This document shows positions 16,834-25,881 of a DNA stretch of 64,000 nucleotides, piece by piece (position 1 is the first letter of the stretch; each line of letters begins with the position of its first letter). Source of the DNA: an uncultured Acidobacteriaceae bacterium (GTDB taxonomy: Bacteria; Acidobacteriota; Terriglobia; Terriglobales; Acidobacteriaceae); the NCBI GenBank assembly GCA_963830325.1, contig CAWHMV010000019.1, forward strand, positions 17,168 through 81,167. The letters are read 5' to 3'. Position numbers and translations under genes: made by a program. The notes under the pieces were generated by a model that saw nothing but the letters and a program-made list of their open reading frames with translations, was not told the origin of the DNA and did not search any database.

Positions 16834-17331
16834 ATGAGAACCCTCTTTCACTCGCTGGTATATCTTGCGCTCGGTGTCTGGCTGGGCGCCCTGATATTTT
16901 TTGGCGCTCTTCTTGCCCCCCTGGCGTTTAGTCAACTGCCGCCGTTGTTTGGCGCTCAGGGTGTGCACGCCGCCGGCCTGATTGTCGGGGGATCGCTGGT
17001 CCGCCTGCACTGGATGGGCCTGTTCTGCGGAGTCGTCTTTCTGATCGTGATGTTGGTGGGGCGGGCCCATTACCGCAGCATTATTCCCCAGTCGGTGCTG
17101 GTCCTGTTGATGATGGTGCTCACTGCGTACTCGCAGTTCTCCATCATCCCCCGTATGGACACGGCTCGCGACTCCATTGGCGGCAATGTGGACGCGGTGG
17201 CTGCCAATAACCCCGGACGCCAGATCTTCGATAGTTTGCACCGGACCTCAACGCACGTGGAGGCTCTGGTGCTTTTATGCGGGATTGCCGCCCTGGCAGC
17301 CACGGCTCACTGGTCCCGGCGGGAGATATAA
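16834..17331 (+). CDS. DUF4149-type integral membrane protein
   Basis: Trimmed to ATG 16834 (MRTLFHSLVYLALGVWLGALIFFGALLAPLAF...). Four hydrophobic helices in a TMEM205/DUF4149-like pattern. Confidence 0.6.
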   Translation: MRTLFHSLVYLALGVWLGALIFFGALLAPLAFSQLPPLFGAQGVHAAGLIVGGSLVRLHWMGLFCGVVFLIVMLVGRAHYRSIIPQSVLVLLMMVLTAYSQFSIIPRMDTARDSIGGNVDAVAANNPGRQIFDSLHRTSTHVEALVLLCGIAALAATAHWSRREI

Positions 17332-17420
17332 GGGCGATATACTCCTCTATAGCGCCGCAAGGCCCGCATGCAGTAAAAATCTCTGGCGCGTAAGCGCCGT
17401 TTGGCTGGACGGCGAGTCCC

Positions 17421-18506
17421 ATGAAAACTGGCATCATTGGTCTGCCTCAAGTAGGCAAGACCTCCCTGTTCAAAATCCTTACCAAGGCAAAGGTCGAAAC
17501 GCCGGCATACTCCAATCCTCGCGAGGCTCATCTCGGCGTGGCCAAAGTCCCCGACGAACGGCTGGACAAGCTCGCGGCCTTGTACAAGCCCAAGAAGACC
17601 ATCTACGCGACGGTGGAATACGCCGACGTCGCTGCTGTCGGTCAGGAGGCACTCAAGGAGAGCGCCTTTCTCACCCACCTGCGCGACAATGATGCCCTGA
17701 TCCATGTGCTGTGCGCGTTTGAAGACGACTCCATTCCTCGCGTCGGCGGCATCGATCCCCTGCGCGATATCAAGAACGTCGACTTCGACCTCATCTTTTC
17801 CGACCTTACCCAGGTGGAAAAGCGCCTGGAGCGCCTGGAAAAAGATCTCAAGAAGATGCGCACCACTGACCTCGAGAAGGAGCACGCTCTACTCTTGCGC
17901 TGCAAGGAACAACTGGAGCAGGAGAAGCCTCTGCGTGAGATGGAAATGTCCGCGGAGGAGAAGAAGCTGATCCGCGGCTTCATGTTCCTTTCTCAGAAAC
18001 CAATGCTGTTCGTGTTGAATATCGCCGAAAGCCCTACCCTGGGTGCCGACCTGGAGTCGGCCGTCGCACGCTACAAGCTGGAAGAGGTAGCCTCGCGGCC
18101 CAACGCGGGCGCCACCGCGATTTGCGGCAAAGTCGAGGCGGAACTTGCCGAGATGAGCGATGAGGAAGCAGCCGAATTCCTTTCCTCCTACGGATTGGTG
18201 GAGAGCGGCCTGCGCCGTCTTATCCGCAAGAGCTACGAGCTGCTGGGCCTGGTGGCCTTCTTTACGGTGGGCGAAGATGAGTGCCGTGCCTGGACCATCC
18301 CGGTCAATTCACGCGCTCAGGAGGCGGCCGGAGCCATCCATTCGGACCTGGAAAAGCATTTTATTCGCGCCGAGACCATCCACTGGGATACTCTGCTCAG
18401 CGCAGGGTCGGAAGCTGCGGCACGCTCCCAGGGCACGCTGCGGCTCGAGGGCAAGGAATACCGGGTCGAGGATGGGGATGTGATGCACATCCGGCATAGC
18501 GGCTAG
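17421..18506 (+). CDS. ychF: Redox-regulated ATPase YchF
   Basis: 361 aa. P-loop MKTGIIGLPQVGKTSLF, a central coiled-coil insert, and a C-terminal TGS-like domain (...RAWTIPVNSRAQEAAGAIHSDLEKHFIRAE...). Confidence 0.9.
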   Translation: MKTGIIGLPQVGKTSLFKILTKAKVETPAYSNPREAHLGVAKVPDERLDKLAALYKPKKTIYATVEYADVAAVGQEALKESAFLTHLRDNDALIHVLCAFEDDSIPRVGGIDPLRDIKNVDFDLIFSDLTQVEKRLERLEKDLKKMRTTDLEKEHALLLRCKEQLEQEKPLREMEMSAEEKKLIRGFMFLSQKPMLFVLNIAESPTLGADLESAVARYKLEEVASRPNAGATAICGKVEAELAEMSDEEAAEFLSSYGLVESGLRRLIRKSYELLGLVAFFTVGEDECRAWTIPVNSRAQEAAGAIHSDLEKHFIRAETIHWDTLLSAGSEAAARSQGTLRLEGKEYRVEDGDVMHIRHSG

Positions 18507-18519
18507 TCTGTAAGACACC

Positions 18520-19257
18520 ATGTCCAACTTTTCACTCTCGCTGGTGCTGGGCCTGGTGGCAGCGCTCGCCGATGTTTTGGGTGCACTGATCCTGGTTCGT
18601 ACCAGCTGGGAGAAACGCTATCTCCGATACTTCGTGGCCCTGGGTGCAGGCTTCATGCTCGCGGCCGCGCTGCTGGAGATGATTCCGGAGAGCTTTCGTC
18701 TTTCCTTCCGCTGGACTCCGGCGTTGGTCTTAGCGGGCTACTGCCTTATCCACCTGCTGGAGCACACCATCACTCCACACTTTCATTTCGGCGAAGAGAA
18801 GTGTCATGACGAGCTGCTTTCGGTTTCCACCAGTAATTCCGTGGTCACGGGTCTGGCGGCTCATTCGCTATTTGACGGTGTAGCCATTGCATCCGGCTTT
18901 GTGCTGTCCACCTGGCTGGGCTGGATCATCTTCATCGCCATCCTGCTGCACAAACTGCCGGAGGGATTCACTGTAGCCTCGGTGATGCTGGCGAGCGGGC
19001 AAAGTCGCAGCGCGGCACTCACCTCGGCCGTGATCGTGGCCGCAGCGACGTTAGCCGGGGTGCTGGTCATCAACTTTTTTCCTGGATGGGTACGTGCTGG
19101 GCTACCCATTGCGGCCGGAGTAGCCATTTACGTGACGGCTACGGACTTGGTGCCGGAAGTGAATCGAGAGCCCGGAATCCGCATGGCGATCGTCTTCTTT
19201 GCCGGGGTTGCGGGATTCCTGATCTGCAAATTACTGGCCGACGGAATTCTCCGTTAA
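18520..19257 (+). CDS. ZIP-family metal cation transporter
   Basis: 245 aa. Multi-TM protein with ZIP signatures HSLFDGVAIASGF and LHKLPEGFTVASV. Confidence 0.85.
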   Translation: MSNFSLSLVLGLVAALADVLGALILVRTSWEKRYLRYFVALGAGFMLAAALLEMIPESFRLSFRWTPALVLAGYCLIHLLEHTITPHFHFGEEKCHDELLSVSTSNSVVTGLAAHSLFDGVAIASGFVLSTWLGWIIFIAILLHKLPEGFTVASVMLASGQSRSAALTSAVIVAAATLAGVLVINFFPGWVRAGLPIAAGVAIYVTATDLVPEVNREPGIRMAIVFFAGVAGFLICKLLADGILR

Positions 19258-19326
19258 AGAATTTTACGTGTAACGGACCCATGGTTCAGTTGGTGGTGGA
19301 AGGTTTGAACGGGGGTCTATCAGCAT

Positions 19327-19582
19327 GTGTGAGAACCAGGATTTACGAATTCAGTCCCGCAGGGACGGCTGAACTTAGCCCAGGACGCAAGTCCTGGGTT
19401 GGATTCAAAGGACGACCCAGTCCCGAAGGGACGGCTGAAAATAGGCCGCGACACAATCCTGGACAAACTTCAGCCGTCCCTGCGGGACTCAATCATGCTT
19501 CATGATGCACCCAGGACTAGCGTCCTGGGCTAAGTTCAGCCGTCCCTGCGGGACTGAGTTTGGAAAATGGAGTCTCGCACAC
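19327..19582. repeat. MITE-like fold-back element, copy B (most complete)
   Basis: gtgtgagaac (19327-19336) ... gtctcgcacac (19572-19582). The interior reads agtcccgcagggacggctgaacttagcccaggacgcaagtcctggg, then gtcccgaagggacggctgaaa, then the inverted copies cagccgtccctgcgggact and cccaggactagcgtcctgggctaagttcagccgtccctgcgggact. Confidence 0.85.
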
Positions 19583-19587
19583 GCACG

Positions 19588-20043
19588 CTACGCTGCCAGG
19601 CGGTCCCGCAAGGCCTTCACCCGATCATGAGCCATCAGGATATGCCTCTGCTGGCGCAACAAAATTTCCCGCAGCGGCAAGGGGAAATCCTCGCTGGCGA
19701 GTGCTTCCTCATAGGCATGCTTCGCCTCGTCCTCGCCCTTTTCAGCAGTAGCCAGCAATGCGTGGTCACCGCCGCCGAGCCGGGCCTTCAGCTCACCCCA
19801 GGCGCGATGCACTTTCCCCGCGGTCGAGCTGGGTACCTTCACATCCTTCACGCCGAAGTGGTGAAGTTCATTCTCCAGTTCCGCGGCGAAACCAGCACGC
19901 GCCAGCGTTTCCTCCCGGAACACCTTACGCGCTTCCGGGTCTTTCAGGTTCTTTTCCAGTTCGATAAACCCCTGGTGCCCGTCCCGCAGGGTCTCAATCA
20001 GGTCGCGCAGTGTTTTTTCGGTCTTCTCTAGATTTTCTGACAT
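19588..20043 (-). CDS. PA2169/DUF2383-type four-helix-bundle (ferritin-like) protein
   Basis: Trimmed to ATG 20043 (MSENLEKTEKTLRDLIETLRDGHQGF...), which has a GAGGGAGAGGG SD-like tract upstream. Two pseudo-repeated helix pairs are present (...ARAGFAAELENEL... / ...EDEAKHAYEEAL...). Confidence 0.7.
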   Translation of the reverse strand: MSENLEKTEKTLRDLIETLRDGHQGFIELEKNLKDPEARKVFREETLARAGFAAELENELHHFGVKDVKVPSSTAGKVHRAWGELKARLGGGDHALLATAEKGEDEAKHAYEEALASEDFPLPLREILLRQQRHILMAHDRVKALRDRLAA

Positions 20044-20147
20044 TGTTAACGTTCCCTCTCCCTCTTCAGATGTCTGTCTGCGGGAAGGGTTGTGCCATGT
20101 ATAGTGTGGTGGTTGCACCACTTGTGGGAAGGATTCACTGGGCTCAA

Positions 20148-20792
20148 ATGAAGATCATCGTCTTCGGCGCTACGGGAGGAACCGGCAAGCTGATTGTTAC
20201 CCAGGCGCTGGCCAAGGGACACACCGTCACGGCTTTTGCCCGCAGCACCGAAGGGCTGCCCAAGGATCCGCACCTGCGTGTCATTCAAGGAGACATCTTC
20301 GATTTCGGCGCTGTCGTGGACGCCGTTCGCGGCCACCGCGCCGTTCTCTCCGCGCTGGGCGCCCGCAGCCGAAAAAAATCTGACGTGCTTGCCCGGGCCA
20401 TGCCCCACATTCTTGAGGGGATGCGCCAGGAGTACGTAAACCGGCTGATCGTCCTCGGCTCGGCTGGGGACCACCCGGATTGGGGCAAGTACCAGAACGC
20501 TCTCACCGTCACCGGACTATGGATCGCGAAGAAGACCGTGCTCAAGCATCCCTTCGTCGATCAGGCGGCGCAGGAGCGTCTGATCGCAGCCAGCGATGTG
20601 GATTACACCATTGTCCGTGCTCCCCGGCTCATGGATGGCCCGTTCACCGGCAACTACCGGGTGCTGCCCGACGCGCTCCCACCCGGCGCGTTGCGCATCA
20701 ACCGTGCCGACGTGGCCGACTTCATGCTGCTGCAGCTCACCGATCCGCGCTTCCATCGGCAGGGGCCCTACATCGGCTCGGGGGGCGATTGA
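20148..20792 (+). CDS. NAD(P)H-binding oxidoreductase (NmrA/BVR-B-like atypical SDR)
   Basis: Trimmed to ATG 20148. Rossmann N-terminus MKIIVFGATGGTGKLIVTQALAKGHTVTAFAR. Confidence 0.8.
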   Translation: MKIIVFGATGGTGKLIVTQALAKGHTVTAFARSTEGLPKDPHLRVIQGDIFDFGAVVDAVRGHRAVLSALGARSRKKSDVLARAMPHILEGMRQEYVNRLIVLGSAGDHPDWGKYQNALTVTGLWIAKKTVLKHPFVDQAAQERLIAASDVDYTIVRAPRLMDGPFTGNYRVLPDALPPGALRINRADVADFMLLQLTDPRFHRQGPYIGSGGD

Positions 20793-20794
20793 GA

Positions 20795-22429
20795 TTAGTG
20801 TCCCATGGCTTCGGCAGCCTGCTTCTTACGCTTGGGCGGGCGGCGCATGACGAATGGCAACGGAACGAGAATGGCCGCGACCACGCTAAGAATCCAAAAG
20901 GCATTCTGATAGCTCAACATCGATGATTGCCGCAGCAACTGCTGGTACGCATACCCGGTGGCTGCAGCTTTTGCCTGGGCGGCGCTTTGTCCCGCAGCTA
21001 TCAAGGCGTTCCTGGTCTGAGCGAGAAAATTCTCGTAACCGACACTGCCAGGGACAACGTTGGCAGACAGCGCCGACTGATGCGTCTGCTGGGTCCGGAT
21101 GAGAAACGTGGTCAGCAGCGCCGTGCCCGTGCTGCCACCAAAGTTGCGGGCGAAGTTTGAGAAGCTGGAGATCTGGTTGTTCTTGCCTTGGGGCACGCCC
21201 ACATAGTTCAGCGTACTGATCGGGATAAAGATGAACGACAATCCCAGCACCTGGAACACGCGCCATAGCACGATATGGCCGAAGCTCACGTTCAAATCCA
21301 ATCGCGTCATGTTGTAGAGGGCCAGCGAGGTTGCCAGGAACCCGATCGAAACCATCAGCCGGGCGTCCATCTGCGAGACCAGCTTGCCCGCCACAGGCAT
21401 CATCACCATCAACACCAGTGCCCCTGCGGAAAGCGCCATACCTGCGCGCTCCGCGGTGTAGCCCATCAGCCCTTGAAGAAATTGCGGAATCAGAACCGTC
21501 GTACTAAATAGAACCGAACCCAGGATGAATTGGAAGCCGACCGCGGTACCGAAATTGCGATTCTTCAGCAGTTTCAAATCGACTATGGGATCGGGGTGTC
21601 TCCACTCCCACCAGACGAAAAATGCCAGCACGGCTATGGACAGCAGAAACGTAAGCGTAATGGTACGATCCCCGAACCAGTCCTTCTCTTGCCCCTTATC
21701 GAGCACGAACTCCAGGCAACCAACACCCACCGCCACCAGGCCCAGGCCCATTTTGTCGATGGGATTGGCTTTGGCTCTCTCTTTCACCAGGTAGGGTGGG
21801 TCTTCGACCATCCGGTTGCTGAGCAGCAGGGAAAAGATGCCGATCGGCAGGTTGATGAAGAAGATCCAGTGCCAGTTGAAGTTGTCGGTGATCCATCCTC
21901 CCAGTGTCGGTCCGATCGCTGGCGCAGCCACGACGGCCATGCCGTAAAGAGCGAAGGCCTGTCCTCGCTGTTCGACCGGAAACGTATCTGCCAAGATGGC
22001 TTGTTCGCTTGGGGCCAGCCCGCCGCCGCCGAGCCCTTGCAGGATGCGGGCCAGAATCAAAATTGGCAGGGTGGGGGCAAGACCGCAAAACAGCGAGCAG
22101 ATGGTAAACAGCGCCACGCACGTCATGTAGAAACGCTTGCGGCCAAAGCGAGTCGAAAGCCAGCCGGATATGGGCAGAACGATTGCGCTTGACACCAGGT
22201 AGCTGGTCAGGACCCAGGTAGCTTCTTCCTGGCTGGCGCCGAGCGTCCCCGCCATGTGGGGTAGGGCGACGTTAGCGATGGAGGTATCCAGTACCTCCAT
22301 AAATGTCGCCAGGGTAACCGTGAGCGCAATCAACCAGGGATTGTGCTTAGGATGCCAGCCTTCCACGGACGAGTGGTGCACCGGCTTGGCGGCAGGCTTT
22401 CGCTGCGGCTGTACTGTCGCTGTGACCAA
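20795..22429 (-). CDS. MFS transporter, DHA2 (EmrB/QacA, 14-TM) drug-efflux family
   Basis: 544 aa. N-terminal LIALTVTLATFMEVLDTSIANVALPHMAG, motif LSTRFGRKRFYM, and 14 hydrophobic segments. The annotated start is a TTG. Confidence 0.85.
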   Translation of the reverse strand: MVTATVQPQRKPAAKPVHHSSVEGWHPKHNPWLIALTVTLATFMEVLDTSIANVALPHMAGTLGASQEEATWVLTSYLVSSAIVLPISGWLSTRFGRKRFYMTCVALFTICSLFCGLAPTLPILILARILQGLGGGGLAPSEQAILADTFPVEQRGQAFALYGMAVVAAPAIGPTLGGWITDNFNWHWIFFINLPIGIFSLLLSNRMVEDPPYLVKERAKANPIDKMGLGLVAVGVGCLEFVLDKGQEKDWFGDRTITLTFLLSIAVLAFFVWWEWRHPDPIVDLKLLKNRNFGTAVGFQFILGSVLFSTTVLIPQFLQGLMGYTAERAGMALSAGALVLMVMMPVAGKLVSQMDARLMVSIGFLATSLALYNMTRLDLNVSFGHIVLWRVFQVLGLSFIFIPISTLNYVGVPQGKNNQISSFSNFARNFGGSTGTALLTTFLIRTQQTHQSALSANVVPGSVGYENFLAQTRNALIAAGQSAAQAKAAATGYAYQQLLRQSSMLSYQNAFWILSVVAAILVPLPFVMRRPPKRKKQAAEAMGH

Positions 22430-22560
22430 TGCTTGTCCCGGAACCCACTGGAGTTGTTTTCTCGATTGTACGAAGCTTCAAGGCATTGGCATAGGCCACG
22501 GACGGTGCAGGAAAAGATCCGGCACATCCTCTGCAACGGATCCCAGCTGGAAGATCCACT

Positions 22561-22620
22561 CTCCCCTTGGTCATCCCGAGGAGACGACTTGCCTGCGGCA
22601 AGTTAAGGGAGGAATGAACG
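22561..22620. repeat. Copy (inverted) of the TTAACTTGCCGCAGGCAAGTCG...CTCGGGATGAC repeat block
   Basis: The reverse complement cgttcattcctcccttaacttgccgcaggcaagtcgtctcctcgggatgaccaaggggag matches 5494-5555 at roughly 85-90 percent by eye. Confidence 0.8.
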
Positions 22621-22662
22621 TGGGAAAGCGGTGTTTGTAATCCAGGCCCGGAGGGCCGGTGC

Positions 22663-22693
22663 CAAAAATCAGCCCAGCCCGGAAGGGCTGGGT
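22663..22693 (-). terminator. Rho-independent terminator of the VWA-like gene
   Basis: Minus strand: GACCCAGCCC-ttcc-GGGCTGGGCTG followed by ATTTTTGG. It lies ~60 nt after the stop at 22750. Confidence 0.7.
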
Positions 22694-22749
22694 CTATAGG
22701 CAGGCAGTTGAGCGCCGGAGGTGCGGCAAATGAGGGGAACGAGCCTTCA

Positions 22750-23937
22750 CTAGTCGACCTGCTGCTTGGCCTTATACCCGTCGCGCGTGATCACGTCATA
22801 CTTCAACGGGTGATGTTTCTCATCCTGCATCTTTAAAGGCTGGCCTTCGTTGTCGACCAGCTCCACCCTGATCTTCCGATAGCTGCCGTCCTGCTTGGCA
22901 TTGGTCGGTGTGTAGGTCAGTACGTACTGGTTGCGGATGGAATCATTGATGGAGTGAAAGATGTCGGGCATCTCGCCCGCGAAGCGGGGGAAAAACGACT
23001 GGCCGCCCGTCATGCGCGCAAATGTGGACATCTGGTTGTCGGCCTGTAGGTAGTCGATCTCCTTGGGGCCGAACATACCGGTACGGGCGTTGCCGGTGAT
23101 CCTTGCCGCCTGTCCCGTCCCGACGCTGAAGATAGTGACATTGGGCGTCGCCTTGATTTTTGCCAGCACCTTGTCCAGGTTGATTTTGCTGAACGAATCG
23201 TACCCCGACCCGATCAGAATTACATACTTGCGACCTTCAATGCGGCTGAGCCGGTCGAGTGTCGAATACACCGCGTCGAACATATCGGTTTCGCGGAAAC
23301 CGGGTATGACTAAAGTATTCAGGGATTCGTAGACCAGCCGTTTGTCCTGGGTAAAGTCGGTCAGGATCTGGGTCTTAAGGTCATAAGTCACCACCGCGAC
23401 ATAATCGTCCGGCTGCAATTGCTGAGCAAAGGCATACGCGGCGTTCCGCATGTCGTAGACAAACCAGTAGTTGGTGGAAGCAAACTCGCACAGCAGAACC
23501 GCTGTGATGGGCGCCTTGGTGCGCTGAAAACTAACCACCTTTTGCGGCGCGCCATCTTCGTAGACGCGGAAGTTGGCGGGCTGCAGATTGGGTACGAACT
23601 CGTGTGTTTTCTGCAGGATGACGCCCACATCGAGGGTCACCTCAGGTACATCGACGCGCAGCGAAAAATTCGTCAGACCGGGAGGATTCTTGACCTTCGG
23701 CTCGGGTGGCGGTGGGGGCACGTCCGGCTTCTCTGCCTTTTTGGGAATGGCAATCACGCCATTGTCGCCGCCCGGACCACCGGAATCAGGCCCCGACTGG
23801 TCTGGCTGCTGCTGCTGGGGAGTATTGGTAGCCGGCGTGCTCGGTGTTGCCTGGCCCTCGGCCGAACAGACCCAGGTTGCAGCGGCGACCAGCAGCGCCA
23901 GGGATGCAACGGATAGCTTTTGGCAATTCCACTTCAT
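22750..23937 (-). CDS. VWFA-related secreted protein (acidobacterial type), MIDAS apparently degenerate
   Basis: 395 aa with a signal peptide and a Gln/Pro-rich linker (TPQQQQPDQSGPDSGGPGG...PPPPPEPK). A VWA-like alpha/beta core follows (ITAVLLCEFASTNYW...DYVAVVTYD...VILIGSGYDSFS...). The canonical DxSxS position reads CEFAS. Confidence 0.65.
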   Translation of the reverse strand: MKWNCQKLSVASLALLVAAATWVCSAEGQATPSTPATNTPQQQQPDQSGPDSGGPGGDNGVIAIPKKAEKPDVPPPPPEPKVKNPPGLTNFSLRVDVPEVTLDVGVILQKTHEFVPNLQPANFRVYEDGAPQKVVSFQRTKAPITAVLLCEFASTNYWFVYDMRNAAYAFAQQLQPDDYVAVVTYDLKTQILTDFTQDKRLVYESLNTLVIPGFRETDMFDAVYSTLDRLSRIEGRKYVILIGSGYDSFSKINLDKVLAKIKATPNVTIFSVGTGQAARITGNARTGMFGPKEIDYLQADNQMSTFARMTGGQSFFPRFAGEMPDIFHSINDSIRNQYVLTYTPTNAKQDGSYRKIRVELVDNEGQPLKMQDEKHHPLKYDVITRDGYKAKQQVD

Positions 23938-24020
23938 CTAATTCCTCGTTTGCTACAAAATAAAGGGTTGGCGCTTAGTAGGCCCTATGCTCCGACGATG
24001 GGAACGTCTAATCTGTAGAC

Positions 24021-25826
24021 GTGTCTACGAGCCGTATATCAACCCGTTTTTCTGTTTTAACCGCAGTTTTTCTTGTTGCGGGAAGCCTGGTTGCCCAGGT
24101 TAACCCGGTTACTCCGCCTTCGTCTGCCACCGCTGGAATCTATCCCTTATCCGACGTACACCGCGGCCTCCATGGCGTGGCCTACACGGTTTTTGAAGGC
24201 ACGCAACCGGAAGCCATGGATGTGGAAATACTCGGGGTGCTCAAGAACGTCCTCGGCCCCGATCAGGATATGATCCTGGCGCGCCTCCACGGCTCCAAAC
24301 CAGAGTACACCGGAGTGGTCGCTGGCATGAGCGGTAGCCCCGTCTACATCGACGGGAAGTTACTGGGCGCGCTTTCCTACAGGATCGGCCAGTTCAGTAA
24401 GGAACCAATTGCAGGCATAACTCCCATAGCCGAGATGCTGGCGGTCAACGGTACCGCTGAGCCTGAGGTCCTTCGCGCCGGGAGCGGCCCCATGTGGAAG
24501 CCCGACTCCTCGTCTAACCCGGCAACTGCCACCGCGGACGCGACCGACATCCATCCCATCGAAACTCCCCTGGTCCTTTCCGGCTTCAGCCCGGAAGCCG
24601 TCAGATTCTTCCAGGAACACGTTTCGGTCATGGGGCTGACTCCGGTTGCCGGCTTGGGCGGCAGCGCTCCTGACGATGGCAAAGCTGACTCTTCTCCTCC
24701 GTTGCTTCCCGGTTCGGCGGTGAGCGCCCTGCTCGTCCGGGGCGATCTCGAGATCGCTGCCACCTGTACCGTGACCTATGTCGATCCCCACCAGGTACTG
24801 GCGTGCGGCCACCCCATCACCCGATACGGCAACGTTTCTATACCCATGACCAAGGCGGACGTCGTGGTCACGCTGGCTTCGCCCCTGAACTCCTTCAAGA
24901 TCGTAAACACCACCAAGACCATCGGCGCCTTTACCGAAGATCGCTCCTCAGCCATCCGTGGTGTGCCGGGCGAGTCTGCGCGCATGATCCCGGTGACCAT
25001 CCATACCCATGGTGGCCGGAACGACCGGACCCTGCATATGGAGGTAATCGACAACCCGGATATCACTCCGGGAGCGATCATGGTCTCGCTTTACGAATCC
25101 CTCCTCGAGACCAATAACTACAGCGAAGAGCTTACTTATGAGCTGCGCGGCACAGTTGCCATCGATGGCTATCCGATGCTGCATCTGGATTCGCTCATCG
25201 CCCCTACCGAGCAGTTGCCCTCGGCTTTGCGGGCGGCGCTTACCGTAGGCCAGCGCTTCCAGACCGTTTACGGCAATTCGGCACGAGTGCGGAACATCCA
25301 GCGCATCGACCTGGACATCGATTCCCTTCCGGGCCGGCGCAGCATCCAGTTGGAGCGGGCGCAGGCGACCCAACCGGCCGCTCATCCAGGTGACACCGTC
25401 ATGGTAGAAGCCACGCTGCGGCCGTTTCGCGGAGAACCCAAGAACCTCCGCATACCCATTCCGCTGCCCTTAACGTTGAATCCTGGGCCATTGCGGATCC
25501 TGCTCAGCGATGGACCCACCCTCGACCGGCTGACCGCCCATTCTTCTTCGACCGAGGGGCCTCTGGAATTGAGCAGCATTATTCACCAGATGAACGCGGT
25601 GCACCAGGACGACCGCTTGTATGTAACCCTGCTGCTACCCAATGCACAGGCGGTGGTCGACGGCCGAACCCTGGCATCGATTCCCATCTCGATGGCCAAC
25701 GTGCTGGAGCCGCTGCGCACCAATCGCGGCATCTCGCTCAACGGCGAATCGGTCGTTCCCGTGACCTCTATTCCGGTGGAAGCCATGCTAAGTGGTATGC
25801 AGGTTGTGTCCGTGGAAATCGAATAA
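24021..25826 (+). CDS. Secreted peptidase S55 (SpoIVB)-like domain protein
   Basis: 601 aa with a GTG start and a signal peptide. The N-terminal ~140 residues resemble the C-terminal half of the SpoIVB protease domain (EAMDVEILGVLKN...TGVVAGMSGSPVYIDGKLLGALSY...PIAEML). The remaining ~450 residues belong to no recognised family. Confidence 0.6.
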   Translation: MSTSRISTRFSVLTAVFLVAGSLVAQVNPVTPPSSATAGIYPLSDVHRGLHGVAYTVFEGTQPEAMDVEILGVLKNVLGPDQDMILARLHGSKPEYTGVVAGMSGSPVYIDGKLLGALSYRIGQFSKEPIAGITPIAEMLAVNGTAEPEVLRAGSGPMWKPDSSSNPATATADATDIHPIETPLVLSGFSPEAVRFFQEHVSVMGLTPVAGLGGSAPDDGKADSSPPLLPGSAVSALLVRGDLEIAATCTVTYVDPHQVLACGHPITRYGNVSIPMTKADVVVTLASPLNSFKIVNTTKTIGAFTEDRSSAIRGVPGESARMIPVTIHTHGGRNDRTLHMEVIDNPDITPGAIMVSLYESLLETNNYSEELTYELRGTVAIDGYPMLHLDSLIAPTEQLPSALRAALTVGQRFQTVYGNSARVRNIQRIDLDIDSLPGRRSIQLERAQATQPAAHPGDTVMVEATLRPFRGEPKNLRIPIPLPLTLNPGPLRILLSDGPTLDRLTAHSSSTEGPLELSSIIHQMNAVHQDDRLYVTLLLPNAQAVVDGRTLASIPISMANVLEPLRTNRGISLNGESVVPVTSIPVEAMLSGMQVVSVEIE

Positions 25827-25881
25827 GGTAGACTTACGCGGGCCCTGGTTCCTAATTCCACTGCCAAGGGCAAACGCCTTT

